This document shows, one piece after another, positions 52,201-64,000 of a DNA stretch of 64,000 bases. A program made the position numbers and the translations under genes. Each line of letters begins with the position of its first letter. The stretch's first letter is position 1. A model generated the notes under the pieces. The model saw only the letters and a program-made list of their open reading frames with translations. It made no database searches and had not been told where the DNA came from. The stretch is from Camelus dromedarius (taxonomy: Eukaryota): positions 78,556,001-78,620,000 of the forward strand of contig NC_087436.1 of the NCBI RefSeq assembly GCF_036321535.1, read 5' to 3'.

Positions 52201-55200
52201 CTTATTTTAAAAAGAAAAAATTGAAAGGCAACAAAATCCTGTGTCTAGTCTGTTCCTCAGATATTGAGACTGAACTCATTTTGATTTTATTCAACCAAGA
52301 AAATGTTTATTATTGGGTTGTGTCAATTTAAAATTAAGAAATAAAAAACAATTACAAAGAAATAAATTGTAACACCAAGAATGAGGCATGTTCTATTATT
52401 CACAAGCCCCAAATTTTTTCTCAACTTTGGGAGTCAGTTTTCTTAAATATTAGATAAGCATACTAATTCATCACCTGGCCTATTAAGGGTTCTTTAAGAA
52501 ACTTTTTACACATTCAATGTAGTCTTTAGTAAAGAAGTCATTAAATGTACCTACCTTAGAGTTAAAAGGTCCCTGAAGAGGCCTCAACTAACAATCAAAT
52601 CCCAGAAATTTAGTACGTGTTCTAGTCAACTATAATTTATACATATTCCATAGAATGATTACTGTTTTTCAAAAACTTAAAGCAAAATATGTAGTAAAAC
52701 TTCGGCTATCCAGCACCTTTGGAGAATGAGGAGCCAAATATTTATTACACCTTTCTTCAAACACTGCCTGCTCTCCTTAATCGCTCCCCTCCTCTTTTTT
52801 GGTTTTCTCCCAATTGTTTTTTAACCTTCAAGCACTTGGAATGATTTTTTTTCCTACAATGTATCACACACTCTTCTGCCTTAATCAAATACAGTAATCA
52901 TGATTTAACACTCTTTGGGTCAGTTACCACTAATACATTATGCTACTGTAGCATGCCCATAGGGTCTTCTGAAGTTAGAGAATTACTTATGAATACACCA
53001 AGTGCATCTTATTTCTTAGCTTTTTTAACAAGTTTCAGTTTTCATTTTTGCTAGATTAACCAGAAGTTACTGTTCTAAAATGCTTCCCCCATCCACTCTG
53101 TAGCTAGGTAGCTAGCACTCAAATTTTTCAAATTTTGTGTAAAGTAAAAGTAAACAGCCTCTGAGCAAGTGCCTAACTGGATCTTTCTGAAACAAATTCA
53201 TTACCATTTTGGCAGCCCAAAAGCACTCTTTTCCTTCTGCTCTAATAAAGGGTGCTGCACAACTAACAACCAGACAACTGGATATACTACAATGAACACA
53301 AACTGTATCAAATCCATTCCATCTTTACTAAATGGAACATATTAAATCCACCCCATTTTCATTCAGTAGGCACAGCAAGATACAAATGTATAATACATAA
53401 GAAAAAGTCTGTTATCTTAACTCTGGATAAATGGGAACTTATTTTAGCCTCTCTGAAACACCAGCATTCTGACATGCTCTCTCTCAAATTATGAGATGGT
53501 ACAAGATGATACCAATTTAAACTTTCTATATTTTATATTACTGTATCTTGCTTGACGTACACCACCTATTGTCTGGCCAGATTACCTCTGCTACCTTAAA
53601 TACAAAGACTGACTTTCAAGTTGCCTTCACCCCTGCAGAGATGTGCACACTTTACAAGGAAGCAGAGCTGGAACTTTAGAAAAATCCTGAGCAGTCAAGT
53701 TAAAACTACAAGAGGACTCATTCAACTAGCAAAAATGGGCCCCTAATACTGCAATGTAAGTTTAAAACTTGATCCTTACTTACAAGTCAATTGAAAATCC
53801 CCATTAAAGTGTAGGACTCCATTTACAGCATTAACAAAGTTTAATTTCTTTTTAACTTTTTTATACAAAGTTTAATTTCTTGATCCTGTCTGTAAAGCTA
53901 TTTAGCACCCCAAAGACAGTACAATACTCAATTTAAAACACTCAACAACTGAAATCTCCTTGCCTTTACACATATTGATATTATACCATATTATAATATT
54001 AAATGGCAGGCAAAGTTATACAACTCAGTGCACATAACTCTCTAAATGAGAATTTAGGTCATTCTCTTTTAGAGAAAGTAAATTTAGAGACAGTAAGCCA
54101 AACTGTCTGGGGTCTAAATCCTTCCTCCAGAACTGATCCTAAGGGAAAAAAAATTCCAAAACTGTTTTCTACATCTGTAAAAAAGAGGACTAAGAGTTTA
54201 CCTCATAAATCTGTACTAAGGATTTAAATGGCACAGAACATAGTCTGACACATCCTAAGTGCTCAATAAAAATAATTATTATTTAGAACAGGTAGAGCAC
54301 AATCTACATATAATTTAATAAAACAATTTTTTCATTTTCTTAACAGCTTAATTTTTTTTTAATCTGCACGGGCTATATGAAGTTTCAACATTAAGGGGAA
54401 AAAGCCAGGATGAGTTTTATATAAATGGATCCTAGCATTATTTTTAATGCCAGACTTAAAAAACCCAGAAATCTTAAATATCCTGTGTAAAACTATATAG
54501 ACTGGAAATTTAGTTGTCTAAGACTCTTAAATAAAATGTAGTTCCAAAATCATACTGATGGCTTGTCTGTACTCTACATAAATGCCAAAAACTTTAGTAA
54601 GGAATAATTTCAAAATATAAAACACAATATATATGGAGCACTGCTGACTGGTGGAAACTGTTCCAATACCGTTTTTTCCCATCCAAGAATTATGTTCTCA
54701 ATACTACTGAGGTCACTAGGTTTAACACTCCAGAAACAGGAAGTATTTTTTATATCTTTATATTTCCCTATCAAGTCCTTACTGTGAAACACCTTATTCA
54801 AGGTAAAATGATAAATACTATTACATTTCTTCCCACTTTTGGAACAGGGACAAAAAAATGTATTCTGTAACTTTTAAACACTTTCTAACAACTCATGATC
54901 TTCCATTTGTGGTTTCATAACAAATTCTGACAGTTTAAAAACTACCAAAAAAAAAGTCAATCTGATATACATTTCAAGTATATAACGTGACTGGTCAATC
55001 ACTATCACTTTTTAGAGTAATGCTACTCAAACATACTACATTCTTTTTTAAAAAGTTTCTGGTATTTTATAATTTCTTTAAAATCCTAAAATGATATTAA
55101 GTATAATAAAATCTCACCAACAGATAAGAAATTATTCCTTATAAATTTTAGATTTTAAAATTAAGTCAGTAGTTAACTAAGCTGAGGTGAGGTTTACTTT

Positions 55201-58200
55201 TTGCAACTAGATGGTATTCACATATTATCATTTAGGAATCTGTGTAAAAGGTAACTTTGGAAACAGCTTAACAAACTTTTAACAAGTCAATAAAAAAGAT
55301 TAATTCCTCTAGCTAATATATTAGATCTCATTTCTTCATACTTTGAATGAACCTAAATGACTGAAAAGGATAACTAAGTTGAAAACATAATAGCTAATAA
55401 ACATCAGTTTTTTAATAAACTTCAATGTTGAACCCTAAAATCTCCCCCCTTCTGTTTCATTCCCAGACAGGAATGACATCTTGTTCATTTTTACTTTTAA
55501 AATAAACTTTCAATCAGCTTTACAAGGTAAACTCCCATCTACCTAAAGGTTAAGGAATAGGCTTTCCTTAACCTAGAGGTTAAGGTTCTGGTTAACTGAG
55601 ATTACTACACATTGTTTTCTATTAGAAATCAATTTAAGTAGTGACACTAAACTCAGAAAATGATTTTCACCGTTTTTGATAGAATTTTAGAATCTTGCTT
55701 TAAAATCACATTACTTTTTAATAGTATAAGAGGAAAATTATAGAAGATTCATTCTATGACATTGTCTTTTAGTTGCTTTTTGAGTATACTGACAGTTTTT
55801 CATCTATCTTTCTCTTAAGACTTGGGGTGGGGAGATGGGAGTTGGGTTTCCTGGCTATTTGGGCTTTGTGGTAGTTTTGAAAGTCTAGATAAGTAGGAGC
55901 TTACACAACATGACCTAAACTATCACTCTGAGTATTCGCCAAGCACTGCCAGTAATACGAGTCTCCCCACTCCACCCCCAAACAGTCTTAAATGTCTAGC
56001 TCCAATGTACAATATAATACTCCAGAAACTAAAACATGCTTACCTTTACTCCACAGGAGTAAACCACTGGCAGTATCAATTATTAAGGCACGGGGACAAA
56101 TACACACAAACTATGAAAGCAGGCTATGTAGTCAATCTTCCTGTGGTGAGCATTGTTTCCAACACATAGATCAGCAAACCAAGTAACAAACATGTTATAT
56201 TACCTGAGACCACACTGTTGGAAGTGAAGTAACAGAAACAGATCCCACGCTTCCAGCATCCAGTTCAGTGCCCTATCTACTAAAACGTTGAAGCAGAACT
56301 AAAGTCAAATAAAACTTCAACAGAAGTTGTTTCACTCCATTTGTGAATCTGCACACACTCAAGGTGCACAGCTTTAATTGGAATAGGAAATGAGTTATTA
56401 CTCTATTCCTTTTTTAATGCTTTCAAGCGTGGCATATTATCACTTAAAGGCTAAAACTAATCATCTTCCATGTTGGCCATAAATCATATACAACAGTAAA
56501 AATGAAAACTGTCTTATATTAGGACACCCTCACAGATGTCAGAATACCCAGGGAACATTAAAAATACAAAGTATATATACCCTTAATTTATAGAAGCAGC
56601 CAAAAGTATACTTATCTCAAAAAGCAGCACTGAAAAACTTCAATAATATTCTACAATTCCAAAGATCAGGTGACTTTTAATCTTTCGTAATAGATAAGAA
56701 CTTGAAATAAAAAGGAATGTAAGTATTCCTCCTTTACGTGTTCATTATCTCAAGATCTGGGGGCATCTATTTCTGCAATTTTAAGCTTGGAAACTTGTCA
56801 AAGGTTCCAAAGAATGCCAAAATTCAGACCCACCTACTCAAGATCTCAACTTTACAATAAATCCAACTTACTGAATCAAAGGCCAGTATATTGGCATGAG
56901 ACTGCTTTATCTAAAAGTTAAACTGTTTTATGAAACAATTTCAAAATGCCCCAGAAGCACTGGGCCATAGATTTTAATCTCAAATATTTAAAATAAAAAC
57001 GTGGTGGGTAGGCCTGTTTCTTAAAAACTGGACAAAAGAAAACCTATAGCACAATTAATTCACAAAATTCTCAAACAGAAAGAATCACACTTGAGTTTAT
57101 ACACTAATGGTAACAGGACTAGATCAACTGTCCTATTAGAAAAGTATTGCTGTACTTTGGCTGATAAATGAATGGGATTATTCTGCTTCCTGCTTCATCC
57201 AATGGAGGCAAGTCAAAGTACCTACCTTGTAAAACTGTCTGAAAGCTAACACAATATTATAGTTCTCCACTGATCATGAGATTTTAAAATCTCTGCCTCC
57301 AGGTAGCTGGCTATATGGCATGCACATTTTGCCAGACAGTAAGTATATTTTAAAGAACCTACCCTAAAGAATCATAGCCCTTACAGGACATAGTGAGTTC
57401 ACACCAAAATGAGAAATCCCAGTGCAACTGCTTTTAAGTAAAAACTGGGGATGTTAAAAGTTGGAAAGCATATAATGAGGTGAACTCATGAAGACATTTT
57501 ACTCTGAAGATACTCTGTAAGTCCACAGTAAATTGTGGAAACACCACACTCCACTAGAGATGTAACAGGCATGTCATCCTCAAAATAGCAGTTTATTCTT
57601 TTGTTTTAAAAAAAAAAACACTTAAGGGGGGAGGGTAACAGCTCAGTGGTAGAGTTCAAACTTAGCATGCAAGAGGGCCCGGTTTATCCCCAGTACCTCC
57701 ACCAAAAAAACAAACAAAAAAACTTAAGTCTACAACAAAAGCATTTTAAAATATTTTTAGGATGAAACTGTCATCACTTTAGTCTCATTAAAACTAAAAA
57801 GAAACGCACAGTGTGTCTTTAATAAATTTAGATCACTTTGTATCTAGTAACCAGTCTTAATTAACCTCACCACTGATCATTATGAAACTTCTGCCAAACT
57901 TCCCTCAAACTGGGAGACAGAGAAGAAAAGATTGGGGTGGGAGGCAAGTGCACAGACATCAGAAAGATTAAAGGACTTAAGTTTTTTGTGTGTGTTCAAG
58001 AAGAAAACAAGAACATCTACAGGATGAGGATAACTGACTGGGCAGTAGTGGTTAAGCCAAATACTAAACTTTAAAAATGAAAATATTATTTGCTAAATTT
58101 GTTAAATGTAAACTCACTTAAGTGAACTTCATAATCTAAAATGTTCATTAACTATAAATATTTAATTGTCCAGTTTTCCTAAGAGGTCACTCAAGGTAGC

Positions 58201-61200
58201 AGACCACATATAAATATTCCAAGAGTCAAAAGTGACCTTTAAACCTAAGTTTACAGTGCTTTTCAAATTAATGAAAATAAGTGCTTATATAAGATTTGAA
58301 ATATGTAATGTAGTAAAGCACAGTTTTTATTATTTAGTTTCCACTATTACCTAGCAGTGAAATTGAACTATCACAGTGACAAATAGAATCATTTCCTTCA
58401 AAAACACATATTCTGTATGTCAAACTACGACGACAGGTTTTTTTGTTCTTTTGCCTACTGGTTCCACTGTTTTATCTCCAATATAAAACTGGACAAATTT
58501 CAGTGAAAGAAAATAATAGCAATAAACTGCTGTAAAATTTAAATGTTATCTCAACTGGGCTCTTAAAGTAGAATATAGTTTGTACAGATGTAAGTCAACT
58601 CTCTGGAAGTTACTGGCTCTTTAAACTCCAGTGTTGGTGGACACAAACTCAAATACCAACATTTAGGGGAAAGGAAAGGAAAAAAGAATATTCAATCTAC
58701 CAGCCTTCCAAGAAGTCATGCAATTGTGAAACACACGTCAACCAACCAACTGTAATTAACATTCCAGCCAAATCACACTTAAATTTAAAAATCTGATTTA
58801 AGCTGTAGTGGAAAGCCACATCAGCGCCTCTAATAATACATATGCAATTCTTACTAAAGTTCTATTTACAAATATGGTTGGCGATAAAAGACTTCATTTT
58901 TGCATACATACACACACTACTTAAAATTATTTTACTACTGACATCTCCAGAATATTTCAGTATAACATGCAAGACATTTTAAACACAAAATACTTTGTAT
59001 CAAATAACCTTCACATATAGCATTAGTTAGTTAACAAAAATACCTTCGTCTTAAAAACAAATCAAATTTAAAATTACAGTAATATTTTTCTTGCCCAGAT
59101 ATACAAATATCATTACTAATTACATTAAGCTTTAATAGCCCAAACCACACTTACATGCATTACCACAGACCAAAAACCATGTAATAGCATCAATTTTGCC
59201 CAAAGATCACACAAGATGCCTAAAAAGGTTTTATATCCCAGGTATAAAACATCCTATTGTACTAAAGTCTAGAATTTCCTGGGGATCAGTGGGCAACTAA
59301 CCAGTACACAGCCTCTGCATGACTACTGAAACCTTTATAAGACAAAAATAAAATTTAAAAGTTTTACCATTCTTCCCGCTGTGCCGTCGCTGCTTCAGAG
59401 TGTCGTGGGGAGGAGTTTGAATGGCTAGGGAATTAACAACCGGTACAGCAACCAATCAAAATTCTAGTTTTAGTTTTTGACATTGTTAGGGTTAAAACTT
59501 TAATTCATTTACAGTTCAGTTCAACAGCACATAACTACAAAGGCAGCTGCTTTGTGATTTGAAAAATCAAACAGAAAGCTTGCCCCACACAGCAAGTTAT
59601 ACAGTTAGTCATTTTGGTGCCTCTGTCCAAAAAATAGAATTCAGAAAACAAAAACCAAAATGTTAAAGGCTTCCAAATGTTAAAGTTCCCAAATATTTAA
59701 CATATCCCTTTCTTAAATTAAGGTATACGTAATTCAAGATAAATTAAGGAAAGAAAAAAGATAAATTAAGAAAAACTACTTTCCCATCCCACCTCCACTC
59801 TCCCAAAGCCAGCACAATCGGCAAAACAGCCTGACAGGAGTCTGCCTAGGCTGAGATTATTAAATCCTATACTCCAAAGAGCTTCTCTCTCACCCCTCCA
59901 AAGCTTGTGCCTTTTTCCAAAAAAAGAAATCGTATTTTCTAATATTGGGTTAAAGCAACATTTTATTGCTTTTACCTTCCACCAACACCTTTCTCCTTGT
60001 TAGAGTGAAAAAAGTTTCATACACACAACCAATTACAAAAAGTAATGGAAGCGTTAACCCAAGATCAGCAGTCAGTAACGGGAACAAGAAAACCCAATCA
60101 AGAACCCCGATTTAGTCCCTCCTGCTAACTCCTGTATTATGCTTCCCGCTCCCAATATGCTCTAATAAATGCAGCGTTAAATAATATATACAACGTATTC
60201 CAATTGGAGAAAGCAAATTACTACTTAAAAACCTGCAAAAAAGAAAAAAATGCCATGGCACAATACAGGATTTGTTCATTTTATGGTACAAGGCTAGTGG
60301 GCCTCTTTCGACTTGAATGAGTGAGAGAGCGGGAAGGAGAAATCAAGAGAGACCAAAAAAAGGATCCTGGGCACGAGGTGGGGTGGGAGTGTTGGTTAAA
60401 AAATGGAAATTGCACAGAAAACGTAAAGCAGGAGTACAACCTATACGAACAGTTGGGGACCCAAATAGCTGAAGGCGCGAAAAAGGTGCGCGGTCAGAGT
60501 AACTCGGCGGGGTGGGGGAAGGGCAGTCAGCAAGGCGGAGGCAGAACAGCTCCAGTCAAGTGCAGGCCCAGCCCACAAGGAACTTAAGGAAAGCCCGAGG
60601 AGCAAAACCAACGCACCAACAGGCGATTTGGGAAATTTCACCAGGGCCAATTGGTTCTGTAAGCTGTAAAGTAGAGACTACGTAAGCAAGTTGTTGTGCG
60701 ATAGTGCATACTGGAAAAACGAAGAGGTGGAGGCGAAACTTACTCAAAATACTGAAAAACATTCGGCCTGAAGCCGAGGCGGGAGGAGCAGAGCTGGACA
60801 GCCTACATGTTCCCCGAAGCATGTGCTTATAAAGAACCACACATCGTCTTGGGATGTTAGAGTTAGGAGGCACCAAATAAACCGTAGTTGTCCAGGCATA
60901 AAGGCTTTTGTGTCTGACTGCGTTTTTTGCCGAGGACTTTAGAAAACCAGGAAGGGAGAAGACAGTGGGAAAAGAAAAAAGGTACCCCTCGACAGGCGGG
61001 AAAAAATCCTGGCGGCTAAGTCGGTGGGAGGAGACCCAAGGCGAGGGAGGGAAGGAGGGCGGGCCGGGGAACAGCATGGTGACGGCTAAAGGTGGAAACG
61101 TGTGTGATGGGGGAGGGGGCGATAAGCAGGCAGGGGGAGAAGGAAATGAAAACCCCGGGGAGTCCAGCGAAGAGAAGGGGAGAACAGTGAAGGAAAGCTG

Positions 61201-61546
61201 CATTGGGCCTGGAGGGCGGGCGGAGAGCGGGAACGAGGCCTAATGGCGGGGGGCAGGGAGGGGGAGGGGGGATAGTTGGGCCTGACTATCCCGGGCCGCC
61301 CCTTACTCACCCTTCATCCTCCTCGTTCTTACTGGCATCGATCTTCGCCCCCTCGGACTCGGCGCTGCCCCCTTCGGTGCCGCCGGCCGCGGTTCCGCCC
61401 CCGGTCCCGGCTCCACTTCCCGCCGCCGCCGCTGCCCCCTGCGCCGCCGCCACCATGGCTCCCTCCTGTTCGCCCGCTGAGCCGCCTACCGCCGCCGTTG
61501 CCGCCGCCGCCGCCGCCCCATCCCCGCCGAACTGCTCCTCCGACAT
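46202..61546 (-). CDS. HNRNPD: Heterogeneous nuclear ribonucleoprotein D0 / AUF1 p45, 356 aa: complement(join(46202..46269,47350..47496,47609..47708,48168..48299,49400..49561,50170..50338,59368..59424,61311..61546))
   Basis: [11 protein letters not shown]-terminus, two RRMs (MFIGGL / RGFGFVLF and IFVGGL / RGFCFITF), Q-rich, RGG and GY-rich tail ending [10 protein letters not shown]. Exons of 236+57+169+162+132+100+147+68 = 1071 nt, all GT-AG. Confidence 0.98.
47350..47496 (-). CDS. HNRNPD: HNRNPD alternative exon 7 (147 nt)
   Basis: Encodes [21 protein letters not shown]...; cag| acceptor and |gtaagt donor; frame-preserving. Confidence 0.96.
47609..47708 (-). CDS. HNRNPD: HNRNPD exon 6
   Basis: Encodes [33 protein letters not shown]. 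Confidence 0.96.
48168..48299 (-). CDS. HNRNPD: HNRNPD exon 5
   Basis: Encodes [44 protein letters not shown]. Confidence 0.96.
49400..49561 (-). CDS. HNRNPD: HNRNPD exon 4
   Basis: Encodes [54 protein letters not shown]. Confidence 0.97.
50170..50338 (-). CDS. HNRNPD: HNRNPD exon 3 (RRM1)
   Basis: Encodes [56 protein letters not shown]. Confidence 0.97.
54085..54280. mobile_element. MIR SINE
   Basis: MIR-like text (tctacatctgtaaaaaagagg...taagtgctcaataaa). Confidence 0.6.
57626..57722 (+). mobile_element. tRNA-derived SINE (camelid-type)
   Basis: ggggggagggtaacagctcagtggtagag...ccccagtacctcc plus an A-rich tail, with an acttaag direct repeat on both sides. Confidence 0.82.
59368..59424 (-). 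CDS. HNRNPD: HNRNPD alternative exon 2 (57 nt)
   Basis: Encodes [18 protein letters not shown](W); ccctag| acceptor and |gtaaaa donor. Confidence 0.96.
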
Positions 61547-62550
61547 AGTGCTAGTGCCTCCGCCGCCTCCGAGACTACACCCGCCGCTGCCGCGAGCCGA
61601 AAACTAGCAGCAAAGTAATCCCCGCCGCTGCCGCGCGCCCGCTCTACCGCGCGAAGCACACAACAAGACAGAGAAGGCGCGCGTGGCTGCAAAGGCTCCT
61701 GCGCCTCTCCCTGGCCTGCCCCCCTCGCCTCCCACTCTCACGCGGCGCGCACTCCCGCTCTCGCCCGCTGCACTAAAAAAGAATAAGAAGCAGCGGCGGC
61801 CGCTCTTGCCTCCTCCTCGCTTTAATGGCGCCGCCGCGGACCACCTAAAATGGCCGACGGAAGAACGGCGCGTCCCGGTCACGTGACGCGCAAGCGCGCC
61901 CTTTGCACCTCCCCCGCCCCCTCTACCGCTAGTTTTTTTTCCCCTTCCTTCTCGGTCCCGCCCTCTCGCTCCCTTTTATGCCTTCCTTTCACGCGCGGCG
62001 CCGCACAGCTAGGGGCCTTTAAAAGGAACCGGAAATGGCGTTCGATAAGACGGCCGCGCGGGGACCATCGAGAACAAGGAGCGCTGTTTCGAAGGCGCGG
62101 CTAGAGGGGCTCCTTCCTCCGCCCCCGCCTTTGCGAGGGTTCCTGGCCGCTCATCCACCAACCCCACCCCCACTCCCAGGAGCGGGCAGGAGCAGCGGCG
62201 TCGGGCAGGGGTGTGGTAGCGCCTCCCGGAAGACGACTGTCCCCTGTGCGCCTGCGGACTGGGAGTGGGGAAGGGGAGGTGCACAGCCGGCGGCTCCTTC
62301 TGTGCGGGAGGTCCCAGCCCTGGAAGGAAGGCTGCCCTGAGGTGTCGGCTCTGTCCCACGCGGCTGCTGGGGACGCCTGGCTCGCGGTGCCCTGAGCGAG
62401 GTGCCGGGGTTGGCGGCGCGCGCGCGGCCTGCGGCAGCTCTCCTCCCACCGTAGTCGCCGACGACCGGGTGACATTGAGGTTTCCCCGACAGTCGTCGTC
62501 GGGCTTCCCAGCCCCGGGCCAGCAGGCTGAGGCTGCTGACGATTAGGGCT
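60400..62550. promoter_or_regulatory. HNRNPD CpG island / promoter
   Basis: Dense CpG. YY1-type AAAATGGCCG 61847-61856, E-box GTCACGTGAC 61878-61887, NRF1-like GCGCAAGCGCGC 61888-61899, and ETS/YY1-like CCGGAAATGGCG 62029-62040. Confidence 0.9.
61311..61546 (-). CDS. HNRNPD: HNRNPD exon 1 coding part
   Basis: Encodes [22 protein letters not shown]...SKNEEDE(G); donor GG|gtgagt. Confidence 0.98.
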
Positions 62551-63739
62551 GCTTTTTCTTTTAAGATTTGCTTTCTAAGTAAGATTTTTTTACTTGCTTG
62601 CATTTCTCCAGAACTTTTTCGTCAAAATACTCAGGTAGCTTGCATATTTTAAGGAACAGGGATTGTTTCGCTTTGCTTGCTTTATTTGAGGTTCCTAAAA
62701 CCTACCAAGATTCTTTGAAAATCCTGAGAGTTGGGAAGTGGATTAGATCAACCAGTCGTTTAATTTAATGCCTTTTAGTCCTTGTACTAAATAGAATGTA
62801 TATATGCTGTGAATCATCTTCCCAAGGTTTTTCTGTTGTGTTGTGGGGGGGGTGCTGGGGGGTTTGGGGGGGCGGGGATTGTTGTTAAATACCGCTAGGC
62901 GTTTTATGCCGGATAACATTCAAGTTCTTTAATAGACCTATTAGAAATCCCAGGTGCCTTGGCTGGAAACTGGATTATTCGGGCTTTGGGATTTGCAACT
63001 TCCTGCAATTACATCTAGAAGAAAATGAAGCTTTTAGGTACTTCTTTAGTCAACAAATGATTATTTGCCTGTTTAGCATGTGCCCAGACACTGAGGAAAT
63101 GAAGACTAGTGAGAAATATAGCAAAGAACTCCGAAGAATTTATTTGTTTTCCACTATGTAATTAAATGAATTTGTGTTGACGCTATCCAGAAATCTCAAA
63201 GGAGGGTTTTAAAAGCATGTAATTTTTTTTATAATTAGACAAGCTTGCAGAATTTGCATTACAGAATAATTAAAACCCAGGAATACAGATCAAATTCTGA
63301 AAACATCTTAAAAAATGCTGAATTCCTGTATTAGGTAAATCATACCCAGGCAATGCTAAGAATGTGTATCTTAGATCAAGTGGTAGTGACTACAGGTATG
63401 TCTCCACCTGTCAAAATAAGAACCAAGAACAAAGTGGGTATTGTGCTCAAACCAATTATTTCAATTTAGAGACAACTAAGAAGAAGATCACCTAAGAGGG
63501 TGTCTCTTCAATCTCTTTTGCAGTCAAGAGAGGATTCTTTTGCTCTTAAAATAGCTTTAGAAGTACCTGCCTTTTAGTAATAAGACTTTTCCCAAAGGTT
63601 CGTTTTAATTCACACAGCCCGGTAGCTTCTGGACTTCTTGGAGTTTATACTTAAAAATTCTAGAAAACCTAGGAATGATTTTAAAGCTAACACCTGTACT
63701 GTATGTTATGTGAGTATGTATGATGCCTTATCACTCATA

Positions 63740-64000
63740 TCCCATATTATGGTCCAAATCTCTGCACCCTGTGCTCCTGCACCTCCTATCCACCCAGCAT
63801 TCCTCTTAGAAGTCACTTCAACCCTAGTTCTTTCATTCCTCATCAGCCTGGTAAACTATTCCTTCAAAACCCCAGTTAGATGTTACTACTTTGGGACTTC
63901 TCAGGCTCCCTGAGGCAGAATTAATCATCCATTCTCACAGCCTTTATCCTTGCTTCTGCTCTTCTAAATATGCAATTGTACTAGACCATGAGTTCCTGAA
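63740..64000 (+). mobile_element. L2 fragment
   Basis: L2 3'-like text (cctggtaaactattccttcaaaacccc, ctagaccatgagttcctga). Confidence 0.5.

Noticed and set aside
53834..53881. 17-bp direct repeat acaaagtttaatttctt around a short T-rich spacer
   Set aside because: Probably a TSD of an abortive retro-insertion or a local duplication; no sign of function.
57626..57722. Possible tRNA gene
   Set aside because: No complete cloverleaf; the A-tail, TSD and multiple copies indicate a SINE.
60321..62603. Many long ORFs (up to 215 aa) on both strands
   Set aside because: Low-complexity by-products of the CpG island or antisense to HNRNPD exon 1, with no recognisable domain.

Overview
Mammalian genomic DNA, probably camelid (inferred from tRNA-derived SINEs), containing two convergent multi-exon genes. 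(1) Minus strand, about 44.1-61.9 kb: a complete HNRNPD (AUF1). It has 8 coding exons joining to a 356-aa ORF, alternative exons 2 (57 nt) and 7 (147 nt), the 107-nt 3'UTR exon 9, tandem poly(A) signals and a CpG-island promoter. (2) Plus strand, 9689-33886: a six-exon gene assembled by hand and barely visible in the ORF track. All introns are GT-AG and the 645-nt frame is open, giving a 214-aa protein with a longin domain, R-SNARE motif and C-terminal TM anchor (VAMP7-like, probably the poorly characterised VAMP9). It is the most interesting object here. Asn replaces the zero-layer Arg, Ser replaces the layer +6 Phe, the C-terminal half looks VAMP8-like, longin adaptor-binding residues are altered, and its small CpG promoter carries germline-type motifs. 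The rest is L1, L2, MIR, MaLR and hAT debris plus a probable solo ERV LTR. Comparisons with other proteins are by-eye alignments against recalled sequences; no searches were run.
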